64,000 nucleotides of DNA from Adineta vaga (lineage: Eukaryota; Animalia; Rotifera). The position numbers and the translations under genes are program-made. A model generated the notes under the pieces. That model saw nothing but the letters and a program-made list of their open reading frames with translations, ran no database searches and was not told the origin of the DNA. Every line of letters starts with the position of its first letter. The stretch's first letter is position 1. The stretch is from assembly GCA_021613535.1 (NCBI GenBank), contig CP075493.1, forward strand, positions 10,141,179 to 10,205,178. The letters run 5' to 3'. Shown here one piece after another: positions 37,527 to 51,600 of this stretch.

Positions 37527-38199
37527 ATCTGTTTTTAATCAACATCATCAACATCATTATCACACGCGTTGCAGAACAACTAGAAGATATCTTTCTATCT
37601 TTTATCATTATTGATTTGCTTTTGGTTTTTTGATCATATTCGTTTTTTATACAACCGTAAAAAAAGAAAGTAGCAACAGATGTTTTCCTTCTTTTCTGTT
37701 GTGATCTTTTCTTTTCTTTTGTATGCGTGTGTGTGTAGTTGGTTTTTGAAAAAAAAACTATAATAAACACAAAAAAAGCTATAAAATGAAATATTTGTTA
37801 ACTGCTTCGAATGTTATTTGAAACATGGAGAATGAAAAACATGATACTATTTGCGTTATTCACTATGGAAAGGGTACGTATCTTTCTATAAATAAGTTAC
37901 CAAATACAAACAGGCATTTCAACTAATCGCGAAATTAAATCACATCCAACGTCTGCATATATCAACATATTTTTCCTATCATATTCCATGCTAAAAAAAA
38001 CTTTTTTTATTATTAAATTTCATCAAATAATTATATATCATAAATAAGTGTACATGTTCACTTCACTCATCGATTTTGAAACTAATTCGAAAGAATTCTC
38101 CTATTACCATGTTTTTTTTTCTTATACTGTTGAAATCGATACGTCAATACAAAAACACGATGAAACTTTCTGCTCTCTCTCACTATTTTTTTTATGTCA

Positions 38200-39317
38200 A
38201 ATGGCGAAACTCAGTAACGAACAACAAGAAACGGAACTTGCTCAATCTCCGGACGTGGAATCAATAAATGAAACGACTCAAATTGAACAATCGCATTCGA
38301 AATCCCTGATTGAATCTCTTCTTTTTGCTCAAACTCAAGAGAATGATACGAGAAAAAAGAAGATCAAAACTAATCGTCAAAAAGAGCTAGTAATCCTGTT
38401 TGAATAAATCTGATTCTTTTCTTTGTTCTTCTTCTTTCTCTCTCTCTCTCTAGGAACGTTTAACAAAAGCAACAAAAAGTATATTTAGTTGTTGTGAAGA
38501 ATTGAATATTATATGTGAACGGATTGATTCAATTCTATCAACTCATCGAACAATACTACTTCCTGTTTGTCGTTCACTAGATATACTCAATTCCGGTCGT
38601 TTATCTTATGAACAATTTCGATTGAGTAATACTAAAACTTTCTAGTTAGTTTTTTTTGTCAAAAAGAACAACTTTCGTTTTATTCATAGTAATCAGAGAT
38701 TTCTTGCCGGAGATGTCATTAGAGGATAGTTTTGTTCTTACAAAATTATTTCAAGTCAATGATTCGATTGATTATCGAACAATGTTAGATGACAAATTGA
38801 ATAGTGGTATCCTACGTTTTATTACGCCTTTGTCTGTTCCTCAATCATCAGAAACTATTCTTGAAAAGAGTCCACTCGTACCAAATGACTCGTTACAATT
38901 TAATCATTCTAAGTAGCATTAATATCTACTGTAATGGAAAATGTTTCTTCTCTTTTTTTCAGATCGAGATATCTAATAGTACATGTTCGTCTGATTACTT
39001 TCGATTCCTATGACGCATATCTCGGTCATGTTCATCTGACTGTTTCTGATCAAATCAGTATTTATACTCTATCAAAGATACTCATTGATGAAACAGATCT
39101 AGTTACAAAATCTATTAGTATATTTCGTGAAAAAATACAATCACGAAATACTCTTCTTGATCCACAACGTTCACTTGAAAGTTATGGTTACATAGGAGCA
39201 TATGGAGATGGTACACATCAACAACAATTTCCAAAATTTACATTCTATTATGATTTTCTACCAATGCACATTGGTCGTGATTGTCCAATATTGAAATGTG
39301 ATTATTACATGAAATGA
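38200..39317 (+). CDS. Uncharacterised protein; about 4 exons.
   Basis: Collinear exons: MAKLSNEQQETELAQSPDVESINE... (38200-38400); ERLTKATKSIFSCCEELNIICERIDSILSTHRTILLPVCRSLDILNSGRLSYEQFRLSNTKTF; exon 38680-38916; terminal exon 38960-39317 (...LITFDSYDAYLGHVHLTVSDQISIYTLSKILIDETDL...DCPILKCDYYMK*). No family recognised by eye. Confidence 0.3.
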
Positions 39318-41717
39318 ATGATTGGATTTAGAATATCTCTTCAGTGTGTTACATAAATGAAAGAAAAATAAAATTAACATCATACATAACGGAAATGGTA
39401 ATGATTAAGAAAATATGCATTGCTTTTACTTCATTTCTTTTTTTGTTCAATAAAGTCCATTTACTATATAAACTAATTTTATGCAAAGTAGCTATTTGAC
39501 TTAAGGTAATAGGCAAAGAAATGAAAAGGTCGAAGAGTGAAGTTTGCTTCGATCATATTTTGCCTCATGATCAATATGTATTTGTGTTTCTTTACTTAGA
39601 AAAATATTTTATACGTAGTAGTCAACATCGTAAATCGACTTTTTATGGGCTTGAATGCTCAATTACAGTGAATTTTTCATTTTCTACAAGCTAAAAAAAG
39701 ACTGATTAGATCGTAATCCATTCTAATCTCTCATTTTTTCATTAGGAGTTTAAAAGAAAGAAAATTACGCAGATAGTGGCAACTAAATCATATTCACAAA
39801 GGGCATACATACACACCCACTTAATATTCATCTTGAATCTTTTTTTTTGGTTTTCTTCGTTCATCATCATATGCTAAATATTCTTTGGATGGTACTAGAA
39901 AAACCAGTATTTCAATTATTTGAGATAGATCAGAGACGGTTGTTGACGATAGAGAGAAACAAAATATTCGATTATAATATATGACGATATTTCTGACCTA
40001 ACAACAACATTCAAATACTTCTTAATAATGGCAAGGATGATAAAAACGAAGAATGACATAAGAATGAAAATGATTTGGTTGACATTCATTTCGGCTGTTC
40101 TTTCTATTTTCTTTCTACTCATCAGACCTCTTATCTATCTGCTCATCCTTTTCCGTTCTTCTATCATGGAATTTATTCGATTGTGTGTAACTCTTCTATT
40201 CCGTTCGAATATGATCTGTCTACATGCTCAAGAAGACATTCGTCACAGTCAATAATAGTATAGCCAAAGGCAAATAAGAAAAGGTGATGATGATCAGCAT
40301 CATAATGCCAATAGAGAAAAAGAGAGACATAGAAACAAACTGAGAGATAGATATAGAGAAAAAGAATGAGCCGAAGTGCCGTCATTGGATTTTCTTTCTC
40401 TCTTACTCTCTTCTTCTTTTTCTTCTTCTCTATGAAAGAAGTTTTCTCTTTCTATACCAGTCGGATACCATTTAAACGATTTCGAGTGCGTTAAATGTTC
40501 TTAGAATAATTGATGTCTCAACATACTACTCATGAATGGACATCTATTAATCATAGCAACATGAAAAATTATTGAAGTTCAAAGTCAAACAACAAAACTT
40601 ACATACTCTGTTTACAAAAAATATGTCTCGCAGTAACATTCGATCAAATAGCAGCAGACCTTTTTGTAAGTACCATTGTCTTTCATTGCTTCTTTTCTAT
40701 TCATAAGAAACAAATGATTTGAATTTTTTATGACGCATTACATTAATAGTTACTATTCATATATGTTATACTTTTGCCAATTTTATTTTGACATCCATCT
40801 ATCTTCATTAGAAAATACACTGTACAACGGCAAGTAAAACTTGATCTATGTCAACTCGATTAGTTAATTCTTATCTTTTCTTTCGATTCTTGTTAGTCGA
40901 AGTGTATCAATGTTATGCATGAGAAAATTTCCATTAGTATTCAGTTTCAAGGAAGCATCTCTAACAAAAAAGAAAGTCTTCGAATGTTTTGTTTTCATCG
41001 AATTATAGAACAAGTAAAGCGTGTTATTACGATCTGATTATCAACTTAGTATCGACCATTATCAAATTATTTATATTAATGAGGTGTCCTCAAATGACAA
41101 AGTCATTTTAATTCTGTTGAAAAGAAGAAAAAAAACTCTTTCCTAGTGACAAATATAGATTTTCATTATGAAACTTCAACCAAGAAATCTTCTCTTTCCT
41201 TTGTTTCATAGAAATCAATTATTTAAATGGAAAAATCTCTTCTATTTCCTATTTGTGTCTCATACTTATATACCTGTAGTGATCACAGCATGCTAGTTGA
41301 TTAGCGAAAAAGATCTTTTTTTTTTGTGAAAAGCATGCTTAAGAATAGAATCATACACTACATGCTGTTATACTATTACAATAACAAGTTTCCATCTTTG
41401 CTCCAGTCGATCACGTATAGCTTGCAAAGACTTTTGCATCTTTACTATCGTTTCTAATTTGATCAATGATGAAATGAATAATATAACACATTTAACCTTA
41501 GCAAAAAAGAGAAAGAAAGAAAAACAAATTGATAATCATGTCGATAAGAATTTTCTCCAGATGCAAGTATAAGAGTACTGAGGGAATACAACAAAAAAAA
41601 ACAACATATGAATAACATGAAAACAAAATTCTCTTTTTGATGTCATCATTTTCCTTTTCCTGTTTCATTTGACTTCATCTCTTCATCAATTTAGATCGAG
41701 TTAAAGTTGTCAATGGC

Positions 41718-42902
41718 ATGTGTTCAACAACATCCATAGATGAAATTGAAAATATTCATCTACTCAACGTTCTCAATTGGTCACCTTTCGAAGATTCAAA
41801 TATCAATAAATCATCAACAACAATTAAAGATGATAATGATTCTAAGTTAAAGAACTCTTACAATGCCGTACAACTTTCAATTGAATTACAAAAGAAAATG
41901 TTAAAGTAAACAAACATCACTAAGATTTTTTTTTCATATTGTTTTATTTAGTTTAAAATCTTTATTTGTTGATTCATCTGGTCATCTTGTAAACTATTCA
42001 CAACTACGTTCAAGTAGTGTTTACAATGATTTATGTGACATGGCGAAATATTTAACGACAATCAATCTTGATAATGTCACTGAAAATGAAAGAAAAACGT
42101 TTTTTATCAGTAATTATCAATAGATATCGATTTTTTGCTTGTAGAAGAGAAATACTTTCGTTTTTAGATCTTTATAATGTCTTGACCATTCATGGGATTG
42201 CATCGTTAAGTGATTTACCAAAATCTACTTTTGATTTAAATCAATTCTGGAAAACGACAGCTTATAAAATCGGTCCACATATTTATTCATTAGATGACAT
42301 TGAACATGGCATCTTACGCGGTTCGAAAAACTTCACATGTTTCATATAAATTCATAAACAAGAGAATGTCTGCTTTTTTAGGTAACAAACCTCATTCAAA
42401 TTGTACTCAACGACATTTTACATATAATGATCCTCGTACAAGATATTGCATGCGTCGTTGTGATCCACGTATTCATTTTGCATTGAACTGTGGAGCACGA
42501 TCATGTCCAATCATATCTATTTACTCATCAACAAATCTTGAAAAAGCTTTGAATATGTCAACAACATCATATTGTAATGCAGAAATCGATATTATTCCTC
42601 AAAATGCTGAAATTCATTTATCGAAAATCTTTCTTTGGTATAAAACTGATTTTGGACGTACAGAATCAGAAGTGCTACGGTAAGTTTTCCATTCATTTCA
42701 TCTTCTTAATCACGTGTAATATTTGAATTTTAGTTGGATTGCAAATTATATTGACGAACCAAAACAATCATTACTGAAAACTGTACTAGAACAACATGGA
42801 ACCAAAGATGGTATACAAATTTCATATAAAATCTATGATTGGATGTTGAATAATCATGATGGTTTAATATCGAGTACGACTAATGTCAATCTTTGTCAAT
42901 AA
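41718..42902 (+). CDS. DUF547-domain protein; about 5 exons.
   Basis: Spliced translation ...ERKTFFI|NLYNVLTIHGIASLSDLP...QFWKTTAYKIGPHIYSLDDIEHGILRG|NKPH...DPRIHFALNCGARSCPIISIYSSTNLEKALNMSTTSYC...LSKIFLWYKTDFG matches the DUF547 core (kLaFfINlYNalviH...; hFALnCGA.SCP). Stop at 42900-42902. Confidence 0.6.
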
Positions 42903-43889
42903 AATGATGATTGTTAACATTTAGTTCTTGAACTTGTACTGATAAGAAAAGAAAGACAGTTTATTTTTTGTTTTGTGAAGAATAATAATAAAAAAGGACG
43001 AAAAACAAAGAGTGAAAATGCAAGGAAATAGCCAACATCAAACATTACAATAAAATGAATTATGTTTGTGATGTGTCTATGTATGATTCTTTCAACATTT
43101 AATAGTTGAAAGAATACAATATTAGTCAAGCTATCTGAAGCTTGTGGCCAAAAATATAGATGAAACTATAATAGATCTTGTTTCGATTAAGTAGAAAATG
43201 ATGAACAAAACCTTGTTTCGTAACATGATTTTTGATTGCTTGACATACAGGAAGGTGTTCATCATTCGACTGATCGTCACAGACCTGATTTAAAATAATT
43301 AAAAATCGTATGATCATCCTGGAGCTCGTTTACAAGGAATCTAATGGTGAGAATAGTCAACTGAACGAATATCTTGTGATTCTACAATTTTATATAAATA
43401 TACAACAGCGATCTGACTAAGATATTGCTGTATTATCAAAACAGAACAAAATGGCACCTCAAAAGCAAAAAGAATTCAAGATTTAAATGAATATCTTTAC
43501 ATATGTTTTATTATGATCGAAGTGTGATGCAGTCGGTGAAAAACAGACGACGTGTGTTCGAAATGGAAAAGTGATTAATTTCAAATCTGAAGAATTTATT
43601 AGTTACTTGTTTCACGAGATTGTTTCGTCTAATGTAAAATAGAAACTCTCATTCCCATGTGAATTCAAGCATGATAGTTATCTTTGTAATTTTTACGAAA
43701 CAACAGATTAAAACAATAAAAAAATATTCGCAACGAGTCTTCTCATATACTTGGTACACCTATTACCGACATATTGTATCAATGAGATCAAAAATAGTAG
43801 CGTCATTTTCTAATTTAAGTGACGATTCAGAGTGTCAAAAAAGATGAATTTCAAAATGCAGTTATTTATTCCACTTCATCTGTTATCTA

Positions 43890-44930
43890 ATTGGAAAGAT
43901 CTCTTCTATTTTCTATTTTTGTCTCATACTAATATACCTGTGGTGATCACAGCGTGTTAGTTGATTAGCGAAAAAGATCTTTTTTTTGTGAAAAACATGC
44001 TTAAGAATAGAATCATACACTACATGCTGTTATACTATTACGATAATAAGTTTCTATCTTTTCTATTTTCATCTTTATTATCGATTCTAATTTGATCAAT
44101 GGTGAGACGAATAATATTACACATTTAGCCTTAGCAAAAGAAGAAAGAGAGAAAGAAAGAACAACAAATTGATAATCGTGTCGATGAGAATTTTCTCTAA
44201 CTGCAAATATAAAAGCACCAAGAGGATGCAAAGAAAAACAACATATAAATAACATGAAAACAAAATTCTCCTCTTGATCTCATCCTTTTTCTCTTTCTGT
44301 ATTCTTCAAAGATTTAAATACTAGTAAATCATCAGCAACAATCAAAGATGATAATGCCACCGGAAACGAACGAAAAATGTTTTTTATCAGTAATTATCAA
44401 TCGATATCGAAAGATTCGCTTGCAGAAAAGAAACGTCTTCATTTTTAGATCTTTATGTCTCGATCATTCATGAAATTGCATCGTTAAGTGATTTGCCGAA
44501 ATCTATTATTGATTTGAATCAATTTTGAAAAGCAACAGCTTTACTTATGAAATTTATTTTGCGTTGAATTGTGGAGTACGATCATATCTATCTGTTCATA
44601 AACAAATATTTAAATTCAGAAGTGTTGAACTATAATATTCGATATTATCGATTATAAGTTGTATTGATAGATTATATTTATAACGTTAGGATGTCGAGTA
44701 CAGTTAATGTCAATTTTTATCAATGTAAAATTATGATTGTTAACATTTCATTCTTGAACTTATGATGATAGGCGAAGAGTCATATTAAACAGGAAGAACA
44801 GTGTACGATATTATCAAATAAAGAACAAAGGAATGATTTATTTCAGAAATCGAAAAAAAAGGTGAAAATGTAAGGAAAGAGACAACATCAAACATTACAA
44901 TAAAATGAATTATTCTTTTGATATGTGTAT
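43890..44930 (+). pseudogene. Decayed tandem duplicate of the upstream DUF547 gene plus its 5' and 3' flanks.
   Basis: Near-identical flank blocks: 41221-41420 vs 43890-44070 (...tctcatact[t/a]atatacctgt[a/g]gtgatcacagc[a/g]tg[c/t]tagttgattagcgaaaaagatc...) and 42990-43090 vs 44860-44940 (...caacatcaaacattacaataaaatgaattat...). Exon remnants survive at 44300-44600 (...tttttatcagtaattatcaatcgatatcga...; ...tgcatcgttaagtgatttgccgaaatct...; gcgttgaattgtggagtacgatcat) with deletions and no intact ORF. Confidence 0.7.
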
Positions 44931-45184
44931 ATTTTTGTGGAAGGTCAATATTGATATTTCAACTATCACAAACGGCGATAGATAATGATAATATTTTTGA
45001 TATGTAAAATTTTTTCATTATTAAATATTCGCATCTGACTACTCACAAAAACAAAGAATGGAATATCTATCTTCATAGAATTTACCAGAGGTATAATGAT
45101 ATGTAAAGGAGCCAAAAAAATGGAATCAAATGAAACAACATTCACCGGTGGGGTTAACACTATTAGAATACGTACGAACTAATT

Positions 45185-47162
45185 TTAATCATATGCACTT
45201 AAACCTTCTTGACTATGAGAAAACGAATTATTAACCATCATAATTGGTTCTGTTAAATATTGTTGATCTGTTGTTGATTTAATAGCTCGATAATGTAGTT
45301 CATCTGTTGTTGTACTTTCTTTTAATGGTAAGATTTCATTCGGTATATCAACGAGACAATGAAAAATATCGTATGAAGGTGATAAAATACGTTTTTCGAA
45401 AAGACTTTTAGCTAATTGAGACACAATCAGTATTGTTGCCAAACTTATAAGCATGCATAAACTTTTCGGTGGAATATATGGACCAAAATGAATTGTTGCT
45501 GGAATACCTACTAATGGTTCACCAATTAGAAATCGAAAGACAAAACCAGTAATATATGCTGCTAATGAACCATACGTATTTGTGTGTGGAACATAAACAA
45601 CACAAAGTAATTGAGGAAACAATATGACATAAACAAGATCCGAACTTAAATACCAAAGGACATAAATTGATGAAACGAGAATACCTATTCCAGCAGCTCC
45701 AATTCCAACAAGAAATATTCCGATACGCATGACAAGTAAGACTTCTCTCTCAGATGCCTAGAGTATTTACAATGTTATAAGATGATATTGAAAGAAAAGA
45801 ATACATACTTGATCACGAAAAACAAGTTTCCAGATATTACGAGCAAACATCGAACTAGCACTGAGTACACTTGAATCAGCACTAGACATAACTGCAGCAG
45901 AAACGGCACCTAAACCAATGAATCCAATAAATTTTGGACATAAATGTAATAGAACTAATGGTAGAATTAATTTTGCTGCTTCAGGCGAATGAATATCTTT
46001 GTTAATGTCATAATCTGTCATATTCCAATCTAGGAACAAGAAAAAATATATTAGTATGAATATCGATGAATATTTTTCTACAAACCGGTTGATTTTGCAA
46101 TCGCTCCGATGAGTACAGGTGGAATTGCCAAAACGATACATCCCACTGCAGCACAGAAGGATAGATACATTGCCTTTTTTGCTGATTTTGCTGATAGAAC
46201 ACGTTGAAAATATACCTAAAAGCCGTAGAACAGAAGAAAGTGATTAGATTAATTCATCGCAATGTTTGTAGCATGCAATAACACACAAAAAGAAAGCTAA
46301 TATGAAAAGACGTCTTGATAGTCACGCAAAACAAAACAAAGAAGGATTTTGATTTACCTGCCATGGTATTCCACCAAAGATTAAGAGTAACATACTATCT
46401 GTCCATTCTACCATTTGTGATTTCTCAAGATGTCCACGCCATTCAGGCCATGTTAACCTGATATCACCCACACTTTTATGACTCATAGCAAATGGAACAG
46501 CAACCCATAGGCCAACGAAAATGAATCCAAGTTGAACAACATCTGTATAAGCTACCGAATATAGTCCACCGAAGAGAGTATAAATGATCACAACCGCAGC
46601 TAGAAATAGTTTGAAATCATCAATTATCTCATTCCTACATTAACATCTTGAAAAATGATTCACCTGACAAAATAATTGATGCTGTTATTGAAACATCGGT
46701 GAAAATGACACTAATTGTTGCTCCTAATGCTGATAGAATAGCTGCTGACCAAAAGACTTCTCCAAGTAGTGCTGGAATAAATAATAATCCACCCATTCGT
46801 TGTCCATATTTACGTTGAAATGGATCGAGCATAGTAACATATCCAGCATCACGCATCGGTTGGGCAAATAATAATCCTCCAATAACTAAACTAATAGCAT
46901 AACCAATTGGTGCTTGACAAGCAAGAAGACCAGTAGAAAAAACTTGTTCAGCCGTCCCATTGATATAAGCTCCTCCCACCCAAGTTGCTGTCATTGTAAA
47001 AATTCCAACTAATAAACCGATATTTCTTCCAGCTAACATAATCTCTTCGGTATCGGGTGTTTTTTCCGATGATTTTTGTTTTCGTCCAGCCCATATTCCA
47101 ACAATTAAAATTAGAACATAAAAAACAATAACGGCTGCAAGACCACCAAGATGTACACTCAT
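45185..47162 (-). CDS. CHT1: High-affinity choline transporter (SLC5A7 / CHT1; SLC5 sodium:solute symporter family); multi-exon.
   Basis: N-terminal exon [28 protein letters not shown]...[109 protein letters not shown] is nearly position-for-position alignable with vertebrate and nematode CHT1 (...VFYLLIL.VGIWA...[29 protein letters not shown]...[60 protein letters not shown]). Downstream exons (46322-46591, 45767-46141, 45185-45730) continue the 13-TM fold. Confidence 0.8.
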
Positions 47163-48660
47163 TGTCTAAAAAATGATAAAATCCGTTCTTTCTTTAACAT
47201 CGGAAAAAGAAAACTGAAGGAATAGTATCTTCTAACCGGAAGTTTCTTTTGCCAATAGGAAATTAATTGAGAGAGGGTATAGATGAATAGAGAAAAAAAA
47301 ATGGTGAAGTATCATAGAAAGATAATGGTATTCAAAAACGAGAATAACATTATTGTTTAATGTCATTCAAAGTTCTCCTTTTTTTTGCCTTCTTCTCTTC
47401 TTCTTTTTTCCTCTGCTCCTTCTCTCTTTTCAACTGAATCACATAAATTTTTCTTGCCAATTAATTTTTTTCTAAAAAAATTACAGACAATAAACTTACG
47501 GACGAGTTGATCGTATATTTGTATTTTACGGGTTGATGTTTGTTCCCGTTTCTGTTTCTCTCTATCTCAATTCTGTTTCTATTACAATGAACATCATATT
47601 AGTTTCTTTGTCGCTCGATATTTTCCTTTTTTTTTCTTTTTCTTTAACTTCTTCTATCAAAATGCATGCACTGCGCGGTTTAACGAGGAAGATTTTGCCT
47701 TGGAACAGTAACTAGACAATTCATTTATTTGATTATAGATATATATATTCCATAAGAACATCGTCGAGATTAGACCGAAAAAACACGATTTGTTTTTCGA
47801 TAGTTCTGTTCATGCATTCACTGAGAAAGAGGAATGAGCAGGCGTTTTTCTTCTATCTCTTTTTTTTCTCTCTTAATGATACCATGTCAGCCGAGATTGA
47901 GCACGGTTGGAATGACAATCATCGTTCCAAAGATAGGCTAGATGTGACAAGGGAATTCGATAGAGAAAAAAAGAGAAAAAAATATAGATAGATGAATAGA
48001 CAGAAGATTTTTCTACTTCCTTCTTTTGAAAAAAAAACAAACAAAACCATTCAGAGATATATAAGTAGTGAATGTCATGATTATTGTTACGATACATTTC
48101 GATTTAGCGATTAATCTTAAATCTTCTTCTTACCGCGATGAAATTGAAACCTAAGAAAAACATGTCGTTCTGATCTGTTTATTGAAGCAAATAAAGTTGA
48201 TTCATTCGAAACAACATCGTTGTTTCGAATTAGTATGAAGAAAAAAATCATTGATATAAAATTATTAGCACAATTATGTTTCATAGATTCAGAAAAGATA
48301 GCTAATCTTTCGTCATCGACGATGTACATGCATGAGAGAATGAAAAAAGCTAAATAATGACCTGTTAACTGTTGCATAATTTGAAACTAGCAGCCCATTA
48401 TTTATGATAATGATAGCTGATGATGTTAATAACAAATAATAACGTTTGCTTCTTTCTCTTTTTTTTTGATGAGATAGATCATCGGAATTTGTACTAGAAG
48501 AAGTTCTCTTTTAATTATATGAATAGTTGTGAAAGATATCATTTCGTATTGCTATAGGATCTCGATAATACTTTCGTTTTATTTGAATAAAAAAAAATCG
48601 TATCGTTGATTGTATAACTTACTAAAAGTTAATTAAAAACAAAAGAAGTGAAATTATAAA

Positions 48661-51600
48661 TTACGTGGATGAATCTTGAGTACTAATTACATTTAACAAA
48701 GTAAGTGGTAAGTCATGTAAAGTAAGTTTATTATCAATTACAACATCGATAGTACCTGTTAAAGATAAAGGAATCTTGCCAGCTAATAGAGGTGTTAGAA
48801 GAGACACCATTGTTGCTAATTTTGCTGTAATTTTAACATCAATGTACTCTGTTAAAACTTCGGCAAAAGGACCAATATCGATACGCTGATTATCAGTAAC
48901 AGTGCCAACTTGTTTATCTTCGTTTAATTCAGCACCATAATCTGCTCTGACATTAATTCGTGTCACAGCTAATGTTGAACTAAATGGGTTTTTCAATACA
49001 AGACGTGTCGAAAGTGTTTTGACAGTACCAAGTGGAATACCAAGTATTTGTAAAGCGCTTAGTTTTTTCAAAAGAACTTCTCGAACAAGTGTTCTGTCAC
49101 CATAAAGGCCAGGAGCTGTTGCCTGAATCTGTAAACCAGCAATAGCTGTCGATAATAGAGGAACATTTGTTCCTACTGAATTATTTGGTAATATTCCATG
49201 TAATTCTACATCATTATCTATTCCACATATCATACGAGAAATAAATTGTCGAGCTACATCAGTATTTTTAGGTGTGATAGTAAATGTTCCTGTTGCATTT
49301 AATATTGTACTATTCCCTTTAGGATCAAGATAAAATGGATCGATAATAACTAAACCAAGAGAAGTTCCACTAGTTTTATCACGTAAGTCAAGCGAAAGAC
49401 GACCACCATCAAGAATATTAACAACCGATGGATTAGTCATTTTTGTTGTTATATGAAGTGCTAGTTCATTGGACGAGATTGCTCCTGTTAGATCAATCTC
49501 ATCAATATGTAAAAGTCCATTAGCAAATCGATCATAACCCGTCAAAATAAGAGTATCACTTACTGGAATATCCGTTAAAGTAATATTACCAATTCGAACT
49601 TCTGCTAATGCTGTAGCTAAACCATTAATTGTTACTGATACACTTTTTTTCAAAACAAGATCAGCAGCAAATGCTTGAAATGATGTTCTATCTAATACAA
49701 TAAGTTCTTGTTTAAAAAAATTCATCGAAAGCTCATTAGTTGTTTGATTATGTTGAACAGGCAAATCATGAAGTATCATTTGACCCATATTAGGTCCATT
49801 ATTAAAACGCATCATATAATCAATACTTGTTGTTAAGGCTTTGAATGTCATGTGAACATTTGATGGTAATTCAAATAAAACAGATAATTCACCTGTCACA
49901 TAAACTCTACTAACGTTTGCTCGATCAAATTCAATACCAAAATCTAATACTTCAACTCGACGAATTAATTGTGTTTGTATGCCATCAAGATCTGCTTCTA
50001 TAGAAAGACCACTGATCGTTAAATCCATACCAGTAGGATTTTCACTTGTAGATAAATCATGAAACAAGGTTACTGATTGTATTTGATTATTGAGATATGC
50101 AGAAAAAAAATTACCAACAACAGGTAAATCACTTTCTTCTCTTGGAACAAGTAGACTAAAACGAAGAATAATTATAATCAAATAAAAATATTCATTGGTA
50201 ATTATACAAACCCGTAAAGCATCATATTATTACTGCCTGGTGTCAGAGCTAGGATATCAATTGGTACATGACCAATAACTGTTCCAGTATCAGTATCAGC
50301 CATTAAAAGTTCAAATTTTTCCAGTCGAACATCAGTCACACCAGAATTTCCAATCGTTACATTGATAGAAATTCGAAGAGCATTATTAGTTTCTCCGTCG
50401 ACTGTGATGGCATGCACACGCACATCACTAAGACCTTCAAGACCAACTAACGAAACATCATTCGAAATAGAAATACCATTACTATTCAAAGCACCAAGAG
50501 CGAATGAACCAGTAATAGATGCGATGCCAACAACACGAAAATGAATCTGATCAGTTTTATTTGCATTGATGAAATTTTGAGCAAACTTCTCATAAGCTTT
50601 TCCCGTACCACTAATTAATAAATATCTGTCATTGAATGCTGATTCAAATGTAATACTATCTATTTGTTTTACTGCTGCTTCAGAAACATTTAACATGCCA
50701 ACAGGATTATTATCATAATAAAGAAAAACACCCATGTCCATTGTTTGAATTTGAAGTGGAGATTGTTGGCCAAGAGGTGAATTGATTTTAAAAGTAATCG
50801 ATGCTGATAATTTGACTTTCTTTTCAGTTGCTGATGGAATAAGTGACATCGAATTGAATATCAATGAAGGAATTAATTGCTCATCAAAAGTTGGCATTGG
50901 AACAATCAATGAGAGACCTTTCATACCATTGGCAAGTAAAGAATACGAAGTAGCATTTGGTCCAGCTACTGCACCGACTCGACTCGTTTTACCTATGAGA
51001 AAATTTTCGATAACATCAGAAAGAGCTTTATATGCTTCAGGAGATTTTGATTGTAATTCACCAGAAAACGGTACCGCATTTGCACCAGAATGTAAAGTTA
51101 TATTACTATCAATCGAATTAACATAACCAATCGTTTGATCATTATAACGTAAAGAAAAGTGTAATGCACCTATACGAAAAGAAAATGAGGTTAGAGAAAC
51201 AAATTAGCGAAAGATTTCTTTTACCAAGATCAATGTTAAATATTGATGGATTACCAATTTCGATAATAATATCCACAAAAATATGTTTTGCAGTCGATCG
51301 ACGAAGATCAACTGTTTTAATACTTACATTTTGAAGACCATTTAAAGCATTGAGTGTTACTTTTTTATTAAATGGAATATTCGAATAAGTAGGCATTACG
51401 GTCGATATCGGTTGAATCGATGCTTTTGCTGTTAAATGCCATACAACACTGGATTCAAATATAAGCGAACGAGTGAAATTATTAAAAGCTCCAAGATTAG
51501 ATACAACAAATGGCGAATCAATGGGAATGATAGTCGGTTGATCACCATCTCCAGTAATCTTGATCGATTGTTCATTTCTTACAACTCCAACATCATCAAC

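Noticed and set aside
40028-40385. Short hydrophobic ORFs (75, 62, 70 aa) in the 39.3-41.7 kb intergenic region.
   Set aside because: Mutually overlapping in different frames, AT-rich low complexity, no conserved motif and no GT/AG-linked partners; probably non-coding.
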